Source: Eledone cirrhosa
Taxonomy: Eukaryota
Reading direction: 5' to 3'
Length of the DNA: 64,000 bases
NCBI GenBank assembly: GCA_964016885.1
Contig: OZ024756.1
Span: 17,484,001 to 17,548,000 of the forward strand
Shown in pieces: positions 46,343 to 60,523 of this stretch (positions are counted from its first letter, which is position 1; every line of letters begins with the position of its first letter). A program made the translations under genes and the position numbers. Below the pieces are notes generated by a model. The model was not told the DNA's origin. It was given only the letters and a program-made list of their open reading frames with translations, and searched no databases.

Positions 46343-47521
46343 CTAGCAGATAAACCACCCCTCGGGTGGTTTATCTGCTAGCATGTGTAGTCTGCATATT
46401 GATATTATACGCAAGTATATATGCATATAGATATGATATGTCAAATAAAATCGTAATTGACAATATGCACAGAAATTGAACGAAGCCAGTGTTAGACTCA
46501 CTTATGTAATCAGTAAAGTAATCCATGATACATTAAATAAAAGACGATATTATATATAAACTGCATATATGATAAACTAAAATGTTATGAAAAAGGAGAA
46601 AATTAGCGACGGAAATATAAACCTTATATTTTTATCGATCGACTTTCGTCAAATCGGACCGAGGAAACAATGTTTCCGTTGGTCTTTCCAGTTGCTAGTA
46701 CTATCTATCGGTCGCAGCTCCAGGTAGAAGGAGCAACGTGAAATAAAGTGTCTTGCTCAAGGACATAACGCATCGCATGTTCCAGGAATCGAACTCAAAA
46801 CCTCAAGATTGTGAATCCAATTCCTTATCCAAACCTTATATAACGATGCAAATATATGAACATTTATATAAGCGATGTGATATACCGTACAGTGAAGTGT
46901 TATGATATAAGGGACGCTAACCGGAAGTGTTGACATTTGAAAAATTTTAAAGAAGTGAATGTTAAAATAAGCAATACTTTATATATAAGAATATTTATGT
47001 TTAATGAAGAGCGACAAAATTTAGTAGATAAATTATGTAATATTCATTCATTGTGGATTGGCAGTATCGGTAGAGGGTCGGACGCCATGCTCTCCAGCAT
47101 AGTTACATTCCCTTTACGGTCTGAGTTCAAATCCCGCCGAGGTTGACTTTGCCTTTCATCCTTACGGGGTCGATAAAATAAAGTACCAGTAATGCACTGG
47201 GTAATTGCTGGCCTTGTGCCTAAAGTAGAAACAATTATTTATTGGTGGATTGGTAGTATTGGTAGAGGGTCGGACGCCATGCTTTGACGCATAGAGTTAC
47301 GGCCCTTGCCATTCTGAGTTCAAATCCCGCCGAGGTTAACTTTGCTTTTCATCCTTACGGGGTCGATAAAATAAAGTACCAGTAGTACACTGGGTAATTG
47401 CTGGCCTTGTGCCTAACGTAGAAACAATTATTTATTCAAAGTAATCCAACTTATTTAACTAACGGGATAAAAAATATAAAATGGATGCACTCCCGCACTC
47501 CTCCCTTTATCCTATTATAGA
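46343..47521 (-). mobile_element. Non-autonomous Helitron containing nested SINEs (CORE-like 46630-46830; two Nin-like 47052-47433)
   Basis: 5' A|TCTATAATA, 3' palindrome ending CTAG|T. AAACCTTATA is duplicated around the CORE-like SINE. Homologue at 56024-56705. Confidence 0.7.
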
Positions 47522-47741
47522 TATACCGTATTTGCCGGCTTATATTTTACGTTATGTTTTGATGTTTACAGACAATTTTATGGACCACGTCCAATATTCG
47601 CGGATCTTCATTCTTCACTGATGATCTAGGAACGTAACCTCCGCGGGACAACTCTTATATACAAAAATCTATTTAATCGCTCGACTTGTTTTGCCTCAGT
47701 ACTGCGTGAGTAAATGTCACTGAAGATGAATAAAGATACTG

Positions 47742-47775
<34 letters not shown>

Positions 47776-48017
47776 TGAATATAACATAACCTAAAATAAA
47801 ACTATTTCAGTTATATCATAAATAGCTCAATACTATACAGGCTAAATACTATTTTCTAGAGCTTCATTTATACAAAATATATTTGGGTGTAACAATCTAC
47901 AGTATATTAAAAGAAAGCATTGCAAGCAAAAATACATTTTAAAAGAGAAATATAATTTTATCCACAAACACGTGCTTATACCGCAGTTTCGCTTGACAAA
48001 GAAAAGATACTAATTAA

Positions 48018-48445
48018 GAGCTATAACATTTGACAACACTGGCTCAAATTTAGAGCTATAACATTTGACAACACTGGCTCAAATCTAGAGCTATAACATT
48101 TGACAACACTGGCTCAAATCTAGAGCTATAACATTTGACAACACTGGCTCAAATTTAGAGCTATAACATTTGACAACACTGGCTCAAATTTAGAGCTATA
48201 ACATTTGACAACACTGGCTCAAATTTAGAGCTATAACATTTGACAACACTGGCTCAAATTTAGAGCTATAACATTTGACAACACTGGCTCAAATCTAGAG
48301 CTATAACATTTGACAGCACTGGCTCAAATCTAGAGCTATAACATTTGACAACACTAGCTTAAATCTAGAGCTATAACATTTGACAACACTGGCTCAAATC
48401 TAGAGCTATAACATTTGACAACACTGGCTCAAATCTAGAGCTATA
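48018..48445. repeat. 35-bp minisatellite, about 12 copies
   Basis: Unit GAGCTATAACATTTGACAACACTGGCTCAAATYTA. Confidence 0.95.
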
Positions 48446-48783
48446 GCAATACAACAGGTGAAGGGAAGCAGGAGCGAGGAGGAGATGAGATTGTTTCAGA
48501 TATAGAGCTATAACACTTGACAACACTAGCTCAAATATGGAACTATAGCAATAGAACAGGTGAAGAGGGAGGAGAGAAGATGAAAGATGAATCATGAATA
48601 ATGAGATTTTTGTTTGTTTTGACGACTGGGAACAAACGAAGCAGCTTGAAAATATGTCTGAGATAAGAACCAGACTGTAAATGTTAATTAGACAGGTAAA
48701 ATTTGTCAGACACAGACACAGCTTATGTCAATATCAATATGATACAACACTGACGTCTGTTTTTTGTTGTTAGTTTTGTTGGA

Positions 48784-48990
48784 TCTCCGTCGTTTCCGAC
48801 GACGAGTGCTCCAGTTAATTCAACCAACAGAACTGTCTGCTCGTAAAATTAACGTGTAAATTACTGAGCAATCCACAGACACGTGCAGCCTGAACGAGAT
48901 TCAGCGTGACACGGTGTGTGACAAGGCTGTCCCCCAGTCCCATGAAATTACTGGTACAAAACTCATTCTTGCATGCTGAGTGGATTAAAT
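48784..48990 (-). mobile_element. Diverged cephalopod-type SINE fragment (Ceph-domain-like)
   Basis: TCTCCGTCG..CGACGACGAG...GCTCGTAAAATTAACGTG...GATTCAGCGTGACAC resembles octopus SINE bodies (recalled, not searched). Confidence 0.55.
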
Positions 48991-50244
48991 GTAAAATAAG
49001 GCCAAGTCAGGCTTCAGCCTGTTTGTAGTACCATGTAACCAGATACAACCTGTCTCATGGTCGATTGGTCAACGACTAAGCCGGCTCACCCACCACTGAT
49101 CTAGTTAGGTCAGGCTTCTCTCTGCTACTGGTACCATGTAACCCAGCACAACCTGCTTCATGGTCCAGTGGCCGGCTAGGAAGGTGAGTGGAACCCCAGC
49201 AGTACAAACATGAAGAGCTGTTAAAAGGGGTGGATGAACTCCTCAGAGCCAATAGCTAGCCACCACAACTGTGGGTTAAATAGCCCCACTAACCCGCAAT
49301 TGGCCAAGTGTGGTGAGTACGGATACACCTCTGACATGATTAAAACCAAACAGAAAGCAGTGGAGATCAACCGTTGAGGGGTTCCTCTAACAGAAATGAG
49401 AAGGCCCTGGATTGGATTGGAAGGTTTGTTGCTCAAGGACACATCACCTGGTCCGGAAGTCGAACTCATGACTTCCGGATCGTAAGCCCAGTTGTTCTTA
49501 GTTTCTGGTTTTATCACGTTTCACATATTTCTGACGTACCTCAATATTAGGACCAGATTTCTTGTCTGAGAGGGTGACTTCCCCCCCCCCCCCCTCCAGC
49601 CCGACCCCTACTCTAAGAAGCTCTGAACTAAGTCAAAGGCACTGTCCCTCCTCCTCTTCGAGCTAAGATATTACACCAACCCCACCCCACTAAACTAGGC
49701 GGCCAAAACTGGGTCATGGGCACTGCTCCTCCCCTTCTTCCAGCTAAGATATCGCCCTCATCCACACCTACCTATCTACGAAGGTCTGAACTGGGCCATG
49801 GGCACTGTTCCTCACCCCCCCTCTTCCAGCTAAGATATCACCCCTACTCACTCCCACTAAACCAGGTGGCCCAAACTGGAAACAAGGTCATTGCACCCTC
49901 CTCCCTTGGCTAAAACATCATCCCATCACCACCTCACCTTACCAATCTAGGAAGCTCCGCTGGCTGTCACCCCCCCCCCCTCATACACACCCTTATCTTC
50001 TGTCTACGTCACCACCCGTTCTATATTAACATCGCACTATATTCTACTGTTCTAACAGCTAAATTATCATTTGTCTTTTATCATAAGATATTAAAACAAA
50101 GTAGCAGACGACATTCTTGAAGTTGAGAACAACAGCAGGCTGGTTTGGTGGAAATCGATGAAGTAATATTACAAAGCTATGAAAATAAGTATGTATATGA
50201 TTAAATAAATATAAAAATATATTGAAAAAAATATATAAATGAAT

Positions 50245-50705
50245 CAATGAATATATAAACGTATGAAATATATATGAATAAATATATATATAAACGTATG
50301 AAATATATATGAATAAATATATATATAGACGTATGAAATATATATGAATAAATATATATATAAACGTATGAAATATATATGAATAAATATATATATAAAC
50401 GTATGAAATATATATGAATAAATATATATATAAACGTATGAAATATATCTGAATAAATATATATATAAACGTATGAAATATATATGAATAAATATATATA
50501 TAAACGTATGAAATATATATGAATAAATATATATATAAACGTATGAAATATATATGAATAAATATATATATAAACGTATGAAATATATATGAATAAATAT
50601 ATATATAAACGTATGAAATATATATGAATAAATATATATATAAACGTATGAAATATATATGAATAAATATATATATAGACGTATGAAATATATAGGAATA
50701 AATAT
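50245..50705. repeat. 35-bp AT-rich minisatellite, about 13 copies
   Basis: Unit AAACGTATGAAATATATATGAATAAATATATATAT. Confidence 0.9.
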
Positions 50706-50715
50706 ATATATATAC

Positions 50716-50769
<54 letters not shown>

Positions 50770-50794
50770 GTATATATATATAAATATACATATT

Positions 50795-51335
50795 TAGTTT
50801 CTGAATTTGTTTAGCATGATTCTTCATCTGAAATCGTGTGTTGAAACCGATATTGTTATACTTTAGGAGGGTCATGTTGCCAATAAGAAACACACGCACC
50901 AGTTGCTTTCACTTCAATTTATTATAATAAATTTATAATAAATTTATAAATTTATAAATTTCTGGTTGGTTGGTTGGTTCCACAACCAGATAGTTGTTTA
51001 TATATAGTCATAGTTCTTTCGTCACACACTCTGTGCCTCTCCTTTGTTCTGTCCTACGCCATTTTGTTTCACAGAAACAAAATGGCGTAGGACAGAACAA
51101 AGGAGAGGCACAGAAACAAAGAAAGGAATCCCCAGTCATTGAAGAGGTCACAGAGTGTGTGACGAAAGAACTACGACTATATATAAACAACTATCTGGTT
51201 GTGGAACCAACCAACCAACCAGAAATTTATAAATTTATAAATTTATTATAAATTTATTATAATAAATTGAAGTGAAAGCAACTGGTGCGTGTGTTTCTTA
51301 TTGGTAACATGACCCTCCCAAAGTATAACAATATA
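50795..51335. mobile_element. Head-to-head pair of family C pLTRs forming a palindrome of about 480 bp
   Basis: Centre near 51070 (CCATTTTGTTTC-ACA-GAAACAAAATGG). The right arm has an HHR at about 51135-51177 with a C3 change; the left arm has an internal deletion. Confidence 0.8.
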
Positions 51336-51758
51336 CATATTTAAATATATATATATACGTATATATATATATATATATATAAATATATATACGTACATAT
51401 ATATATATATAGACATATGAAATATATAAATATATCTATACATATTATATATATACATATATACATATACATATATATATATATATAAGTTTAGGCATGG
51501 TTCAATCGGGGTAACCATAGTAAGTAAGGTACTCAATATAAAATAGGACTATATACATGAAAAAAAAAAATGAATAAATAAATATACAGACGTATGAAAA
51601 ATATAAATAAATAAATATATTGACGTATGAAAAAAAAAATGAATATATATATGTATGTGTGTATGTATACATACACACACATACATATATATATATAAAT
51701 AACTCGTCCCTTGGACTGAGTGCTCTACCACTACGTATATTACCTTCCAGTGTTCCAC

Positions 51759-51815
<57 letters not shown>

Positions 51816-51866
51816 CTTACATCTATAGTTATTTATTTATTTATATATTTCTCACATCTATAGTTA

Positions 51867-51920
<54 letters not shown>

Positions 51921-52012
51921 CATGCGTGTATGTATATATGTGTATATACACACACACACAGACACACATATATATATAAATAAATAACTATAGATGTATA
52001 GATGTAAGAAAT

Positions 52013-52047
<35 letters not shown>

Positions 52048-52048
52048 G

Positions 52049-52098
<50 letters not shown>

Positions 52099-52307
52099 TA
52101 TATATATATATATACACATGTATATATATATATACATATATATATATACATGTATATATATATATACATATATATATATACATATACATCTATATATATA
52201 TATACATACATGTATATATATATATATATACATGTATATATATATACATACATGTATATATATATATATACATGTATATATATATATATACATGTATATA
52301 TATATAT

Positions 52308-52423
<116 letters not shown>

Positions 52424-52709
52424 ATATATACATATAAGTCTATAGAGATAGGAAATAAATATATATGAACAAATAACTCTGTAGATAACTATAAATATAG
52501 AAAGGAGACGAGGGGAATGAAGAAAACCAAATCAATGTAGAAAAAAGAGGAAATTAGATGATGAAAAATTAAATAAAAACCTGGTGCTATATACTCAGCA
52601 AATTGGTTGATCTTTGAAACGGTAGGAACTGGAAGCTGTTAATTGATTGGACAAACAGAGAGAGTATAAAAATATACTTTAATAAATGAACAAATATAAG
52701 TAGCAATAC

Positions 52710-53080
52710 AACAATAATAATAACTATAATAATAACTATAATAATAACTATAAGAACAGTAAAAACAACAGTAGCAACAACAACAACCACAGTAATAAAA
52801 ACAACAGTAGCAATAAAAACAACAGTAACAATAACAACAGTAACAGCAACAGCAACAACAACTACAAAAACAACAGTAGCAACTACAACAACAACAACAA
52901 CAGTAGCAAAAACAACACTAGCAACAACAACAACAACAACAGTAGCAACAACAGTAACAGTAACAACAACAATAACAACAACAACAACAATAACAACAAC
53001 AGTAACAATAACATTACCTGAAGACAACAACATGCGCAACAACAATAATAGCAGACACAACAACACCACCACCACAGCCG

Positions 53081-53111
<31 letters not shown>

Positions 53112-54350
53112 GCACATCACCAACAAGAGACACAACGACACCAACAGTAACAACACACACCACCACCAACAGACACACCACCACCACAAACGCCACAGCC
53201 AACAACAGACACCACCTCCACCACAGCCGCCAGGGCCAACAACAGACACACCACCAACACAGCCGCCACAGCCAACACCAAACACACCACCAACACCAAA
53301 CACACCACCAACACCAAACACAACTGCCACAGCCAACAACAGACACACCACAAACACCAAACACAACAACAGTAACACCAACACCACCAACAACAAAACA
53401 CACCACCAACACCAAACACAACAACGACACACACCACCACCACCAACACAACCGCCACAGCCAACAACAGACACACCACCACCACCAACACAACCGCCAC
53501 AGCCAACAACAGACACACCACAAACACCAAACACAACTGCCACAGCCAACAACAGACACACCACCAACACCAAACACAACAACAGTAACACCAACACCAC
53601 CAACAACAAATACACCACAAACACCAAACACAACAACGACACCAACAAAAGACACAACAACCACACACACCACCACCACCAACACAACCGCCACAGCCAA
53701 CAACAGACACACCACAAACACCAAACACAACTGCCACAGCCAACAACAGACACACCACCAACACCAAACACAACAACAGTAACACCAACACCACCAACAA
53801 CAAATACACCACAAACACCAAACACAACAACGACACCAACAAAAGACACAACAACCACACACACCACCACCACCAACACAACCGCCACAGCCAACAACAG
53901 ATACACCACCAACACCAAACACAACTGCCACAGCCAACAACAGACACACCACCAACACCAAACACAACAACAGTAACACCAACACCACCAACAACAAACA
54001 CACCACCAACACCAAACACAACAACGACACACACCACCACCACCAACACAACCGCCACAGCCAACAACAGACACACCACCACCAACACAACCGCCACAGC
54101 CAACAACAGACACACCACAAACACCAAACACAACTGCCACAGCCAACAACAGACACACCACCAACACCAAACACAACTGCCACAGCCAACAACAGACACA
54201 CCACCAACACCAAACACAACAACAGTAACACCAACACCACCAACAACAAGCACACCACCAACACCAACAAAAGACACAACAACGACACCAACAGTAACAA
54301 CAAACACCACCAACACCACCGCCTACACCACCACCACCACCACCACCAAC
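52710..54350. repeat. (AAC/CAC)-rich compound repeat with higher-order blocks
   Basis: Recurring GCCACAGCCAACAACAGACACACC. Confidence 0.9.
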
Positions 54351-54479
54351 ACAATATGTTGGCGGTGTTCTAGGAATAAATGACTTGGTTAAAAACATTA
54401 CCAGCACGAAGAGGTTTACAGGGTAACATTCTTTACAGTTCCCACGAACACTTGAATGGTAAACTTTCATTATTTTTTT

Positions 54480-55062
54480 GGCAGTGGATTGGCAGTATTG
54501 GTAGAGGGTCGGACGCCATGCTTTGCAGCAAAGAGTTACGGCCCTTTATGGTTTGAGTTCAAATCCTGCCGAGGTTAACTTTGCCTTTCATCCTTACGGG
54601 GTCGATAAAATAAAGTACCAGTATTGCACTGGATAATTGCTGGCCTTGTGTCTAAAGTAGAAACAATTATTTTTTTGGCAGTATCGGTAGAGGGTTGGAC
54701 GCCATGCTTTCTAGCATAGTTAAGTCCCTTTACAGTCTGAGTTCAAATCCCGCCGAGGTTAACTTTGCCTTTCATCCCTACGGGGTCGATAAAATAAAGT
54801 ACCAGTAATGTACTGAGTAATTGCTGGCCTTGTGCCTAAAGTAGAAACAATTATTTTTTTCTCTCTTAGGGCGGTGGATTGGCAGTATCGGTAGAGGGTC
54901 GGGCGCCATACTTTGAAGCATAGAGTTACCTCCCTTTATGATCTGAGTTCAAATCCCGCCGGGGTTAACTTTGCCTTTCATCCTTACGGGGTCGATAAAA
55001 TAAAGTACCAGTAATGCACTGGGATAATTGCTGGCCTGGTGCCAAAAGTAGAAACAATTATT
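54480..55062 (+). mobile_element. Three stacked Nin-like SINEs
   Basis: Copies at about 54480, 54678 and 54869. TTTTTTCTCTCTTA is duplicated around the third. Confidence 0.9.
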
Positions 55063-55335
55063 TTTTCTCTCTTATCATCCATTTAAATAACAGTCTTGGA
55101 CGGTTGGTATCTAGGCTTACTTTACAACTACCACGTCAGGGTTCGATCTCATGCCTTCCGTGGTATCATGGGTAATGCCATGTGAATGAAATTTGCCTAA
55201 CGGATACAGTGCAGAAGCCTGTCGTGTGTATATATATATATTTATGTATGTAAAAGGTAAACAGAAATAACAACACAATCGGTACAGTATATAGAAGAGA
55301 TATCTTAGGTTAATGCTTGATATAGCAGGAAGAGG

Positions 55336-55388
<53 letters not shown>

Positions 55389-55594
55389 ATATAATAATAA
55401 GGGCGCTGCGGAGTTACATATGAAAAAAGTTTGTCCTTCAAACCATCATAGGCATTTCATCGCTTTAAAGACCATATACCTCCGGTTGGTGCGAGCAACG
55501 GCTAAAAAAAGTCGTTGGGACACGTAAATAAAGGGGACGCGAGGGTAAACAAACAAAATGGTGAAGCAACAGAAAGTGAGGAAGAAAGAGACAA

Positions 55595-55642
<48 letters not shown>

Positions 55643-55769
55643 GAAAGTGAGGTTTTTTTTACAAAATGAAAAAAAAAAAAACGAGGTGTCCTACACGAGT
55701 GAAAGTATAAGGAAAAATGATGAAATCGAAAATGCAACTGGAGTCTTTTTTAAAAAATATATATATTTC

Positions 55770-55905
55770 AAGAAATAGCCGCCGAAACGGCTTGAGCTCT
55801 GCCTACGGGGTTAAACTTTTTCCTATTACCCACTCTACTACCCTAAGTATTGAGTACTCTGGTGCGTTATGGTCCATCTGGTTCCTTACCACACTTCCTT
55901 CGTTA
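55770..55905 (+). mobile_element. Family A pLTR 3' fragment
   Basis: Homology to the reverse complement of 555-690. Confidence 0.75.
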
Positions 55906-56023
55906 TATATATATATATAACGTAAATAGCCGTAACTAAAACCCGCAACACATTTTGTCCGACGCTCTACCAACTCTGCCAACCAACCAAAACACTTATC
56001 TGTGTCCATGTAAAATGAATGCA

Positions 56024-56705
56024 TCTTAACTATAATAAAGGAAGGTCTGCGGGATTGCGTCCAGAATATATTTTTTTACCCCGTTTGTAAAATAAGTTGG
56101 ATTACTTTGAATAAATAATTGTTTCTACTTTAGGCACAAGGCCAGCAATTAATCAGTGCATTACTGGTACTTTATTTTATCGACCCCGTAAGGATGAAAG
56201 GCAAAGTTAACCTCGGCGGGATTTGAACTCAGATCGTAAAGGGACGTAACTATGCTAGAAAGCATGGCGTCCGACCCTCTACTGATACTGCCAATCCACC
56301 GAATGAATGAATATTACATCATTTATGTGCTAAATTTCGTGGCTGTTGATTATATATATTTTATAGCTTATTTAAAGATCTTTAAAATTCACTTCTTTAA
56401 AATTATCAAATGTCAACACTTCCGGTTAGCGGCCGTTATATTATAACACTTATAATCGCATATATTTCCGTCGCAAATTTTCTCCTAATGCAGTTTATAT
56501 ATAATGTCGTCTTTTTTTTAATGTATCATGAATTACTGATTACAGAAGACAGTGTAACATAGGCTTTGTTCAATTTCTGTGTATATTGTCAATTACGATT
56601 TTATTTGATGTATCATATTTACATGCATATATATTTGTGTATAATATCAATATACACACTACACATGCTAGCAGAAAACCACCCGAAGGGTGGTTTTTCT
56701 GCTAG
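56024..56705 (+). mobile_element. Non-autonomous Helitron with a nested minus-strand SINE (56115-56301)
   Basis: 5' A|TC...TATAATAAAG; 3' CTAGCAGAAAACCACCCGAAGGGTGGTTTTTCTGCTAG|T. Confidence 0.7.
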
Positions 56706-57222
56706 TTTATTATAATCATTCCTATCCGAGTAATTCTTAAAATGTAAACAATTTTCTTGTCAATATGTCCGCTTCTTCGATATTAAATGTCTTCTTACGC
56801 TGCCTCTCTATTAGTTTTGTAAAATTTCACAGACGGCGTTCAAAGGGTTAACACATATTGAATGTAATATAGATGACTTTGATGTAAACCACTGTAAAGT
56901 AATTTTAAAATTTAGTCGCTAGAAAAATCTGGAAAGAAGCCATTTTTCAAACGGCTCTCAGCAGCTTCGTAATTATCGATCTAGTCAATAGAGTGTAAGA
57001 ATAAGAGAAAAAAAGAGAGTTATTGTGTTTCCTATGTGATAGTTCTATTTTAAGTATATCGTGAGAGAGAGAGGGAGATAGATAGATAGATAGAGAGAGA
57101 GAGGGGAGATAGAGAGAGAGAGAGAGAGACAGAGAGTGAGAGAGGAGAGATAGATAGATAGAGAGGGAGAGTAGAAAGGAGAGAGAGAGAAAGGATGAGG
57201 AGAGAGGGAAGAGATGAGAAAG

Positions 57223-57256
<34 letters not shown>

Positions 57257-57604
57257 ATAACGAAGAAGGAGGAGAAATTAAGTTTGACAAACGAAGGAGA
57301 GCTTGCGAGTTAGCGAATTGAGTGAAAAGGTATTTCCGATTTACTTCTGTCGCTAATGTCCCCTTGAGGAAGACACCAACATCACATTTCCAAACCAGCA
57401 TGAGAACCCTCTACGTGTGGGTCATTTGACCTGCTAAAACTAGTAGCTAGATTTCTCTTAAATCACACCATACCGTCTAAGATGGTAGAGTTGATATTTC
57501 AAGCAGTCGAGCGACCACGTAGAGGGTCACTCGTTGACTCAAAACATCTTGGATGTTATCGTCTATTGTCAGAAAAATAATTTGATTGAGCGAAACTAAT
57601 GATA

Positions 57605-58010
57605 ATTTATGTTTGAAGTATATTCTTGTTTTGTTGACGTTGAAAAGGCATATGACCGCATTCCTCGGGACCTGCTGTGGAAGATTCTGCAGGAGTATGG
57701 GATTGATGGTCAGCTCCTAGCTGCCTTGATGTCTCTGTACGAATGCCCAAGTATTTGTGTTCGGATAAATGGTGCTAAATCGAAACCATTCAATGTGTGA
57801 GTCGGACTCTGCCAAGGATGTGTACTGTCAGTTCTCTTCATTTTTTTACATAAACAGGATAGACATGCGTAGCCGCGTTGGAAGTGGTGTCACGTCTGGT
57901 GGGTGTAAAATCAGTCGGTTTGAATTTACAGATGACACGGTGTTACTTAACTCTGCAGAAGGTGATCTCCGACTTGCACTTGATAGGTTTGATGCCGAGT
58001 GCATTATAAT
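57605..58010 (+). pseudogene. RTE-clade LINE reverse transcriptase fragment
   Basis: CFVDVEKAYDRIPRDLLWKILQEYGI...VRING..SKPF.V*VGLCQGCVLS...FTDDTVLL. Confidence 0.88.
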
Positions 58011-58064
58011 AAATATTGCATGTACAGGTAAAATTAAGTATGTATACATTTTGGTGGGACACCT

Positions 58065-58104
<40 letters not shown>

Positions 58105-58195
58105 AAAAGTTATGAAACGAAAGGAGCTGTGTGGTTACTAAAAATAAGGTTTAGGATGGTGGGTAGGAGGGAACAGGAGGAGAAAGGAAGAAAGG

Positions 58196-58315
58196 AGTTT
58201 CCATCGTCAGCTGTCAATGTTTCCCGAACCGATGTTTCGGCGCTGAATTACAGGACATCGGTGTAGTTCGGGTGCGCCCGAGGCCTTTTTTTTAAATCAA
58301 AAGGCCAGGTGAAAA
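58196..58315 (-). ncRNA. Candidate permuted/pseudoknotted hammerhead-like RNA
   Basis: CCGATG-TC-CTGTAAT-TCA-GCGCC-GAAA-CATCGG...ATTGACAG-CTGACGA; see findings. Confidence 0.45.
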
Positions 58316-58557
58316 AGGAGAGAGAAAGAGAGAAAAAAAATGGGGAGAAAAAAGGAGAGAGAAAAGGAAAGAGAGGGAAAGGAGGAAGAACAAGGAGGGG
58401 GGGGGGGAGATGAGGAGAGGGGATATATATATATATATATATATATACAGGGAGTGTAACGTGAAGTTACTGTAGGTTCACCCGGGTGAGCACTCGATAT
58501 TTAGGTTCACGTCAGTAGCGAGGTGTAGCGCTAGACAGAGTGTAATATAGTAATATC

Positions 58558-58738
58558 ATAATTGTTTCTACTTTTGGCACAAGGCCAGCAATTACCCAGT
58601 ACATTACTGGTACTTTATTTTATCGACCCCGTAAGGATGAAATGCAAAGTTAACCTCGATGGGATTTGAACTCAGACCATAAAGGGACGTAACTATGCTG
58701 GAAAGCATGGCGTCCAACCCTCTACCGATACTGCCAAA
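58558..58738 (-). mobile_element. Nin-like SINE
   Basis: Matches the family consensus. Confidence 0.9.
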
Positions 58739-59922
58739 TAATACAAGGACGATTCGTTAAGCCTTCATTACGCTTATTGATTGGTGACGCGCGTTTCGCA
58801 ATTGATCAGCTCAAGGTTCGATCTGTATCGATCTGGCCCGACTCTGGAATATAGATATATGTGTGTGTAGATTCCCGAGTTGTGTCTAGGAGGGGGGTAA
58901 CCACAGTTTTAAATTGTACCTAATACATTGGTAAAGTATAGGCATTTTTTAAAATTTCCTATAGAAATGACTTCTACAGGACTAGAACTGTTTCATTCGT
59001 ATGAAATCATCAACACACACACACATATATATATATACATCAGTGCAGGCTAGCATACTTCTGAGGTTGTGATCTGAAAATAATTTTAAATTAATTTCAA
59101 GTTATTATCCTAATGGGAAGAAAAGTCATTAGCTCTAATGAAATTTATTTTCAAGGGGTGGCGGATGGCAGTACTGAAATTTCTATCATCCAAAATCTAA
59201 TTGAAGATATGCAGTAGAAAGGGGGGAGGAGCTGTGGGAATAATTTTCCTTGCTACTACTACTACTACTACTACTACTACTAATAATAATAATAGTAATA
59301 ATAATAATAATAATTATTATTATTATTATTAGAGTTGTTACAATTCCAATTAATTAAAAATGTTGCCCTGTTCCTCACATCAAGTCTGGTAACCTGCTCT
59401 TAACTCTACATTCTTCATACAGATGGCACCCGTGGGAAATGTCTTAAAGTTATTACTTTTATGGCTTCAGCTTTCTTAATCAGTCAATGTTCTTCAAACA
59501 GAAAAAAAACAAACTATTGCTATGAGTCGTTGTGAGACCGTGTTTCGCTGTGGAGAAAGAATAAGATCGAAACATGCCCAGAGTTATCACTATAGCTATC
59601 ACAGATCAACCTCCCTCAACCTACCACCCCCATCATATTTACATTAAATTGTCTTATTGTTTAAAGTATCACGAATGATTTTTCCCTTTGCATCATCTCA
59701 ACCCAAGGCCACCAAAGTGGGGCGGGGTGGTGGTGGAGGTACTTTGGTTTAACAGCGACCTCGAAAGAAGGAAAATACTAAAGAACTAAAGGACGAAACA
59801 ACGAAAGGGCAATCTGACCTCGGCGGGATTTGAGCACAGAGAGCCAGAACAAATACCGAAGTATTTTAATCGGATGTCTTAACAACTCTGCCAGTTAGCC
59901 ATCATTTATATCAACATCAGAA

Positions 59923-60523
59923 GGCGGTGGATTGGCAGTATCGGTAGAGGGTCGGACGCCATGCTTTCCAGCATATTTACGTCCCTTTACGATCTGAGTT
60001 CAAATACCGCCGAGGTTGACTTTGCCTTTCATCCTTACGGGGTCGATAAAATAAAGTACCAGTAATACACTGGGTAATTGCTGGCCTTGTGCCTAAAGTA
60101 GAAACAATTATTTATATCAACATCTGGCGGTGAATTGGCAGTATCGGTAGAGGGTCGGACGCCATGCTTTGACGCATAGAGTTACGGCCCTTGCCATTCT
60201 GAGTTCAAATCCCGCCGAGGTTGACTTTGACTTTCATCCTTACGGGGTCGATAAAATAAAGTACCAGTAATACACTGGGAAATTGCTGGCCTTGTGCCAA
60301 AAGTAGAAACAATTATTTATATCAACATCTGGCGGTGAATTGGCAGTATCGGTAGTGGGTCGGACGCCATGCTTTGACGCATAGAGTGACGGCCCTTGCC
60401 ATTCTGAGTTCAAATCCCGCCGAGGTTAACTTTGTCTTTCATCCTTACGGGGTCGATAAAATAAAGTACCAGTAATACACTGGGTAATTGCTGGCCTTGT
60501 GCCTAACGTAGAAACAATTATTT
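59923..60523 (+). mobile_element. Three tandem Nin-like SINEs separated by a repeated target sequence
   Basis: ATTTATATCAACATC occurs at about 59904, 60110, 60315 and 60520. Confidence 0.92.

Noticed and set aside
42649-48445. CRISPR-like arrays (also 3745-4135)
   Set aside because: Units are contiguous with no unique spacers, there are no cas genes, and the context is eukaryotic.
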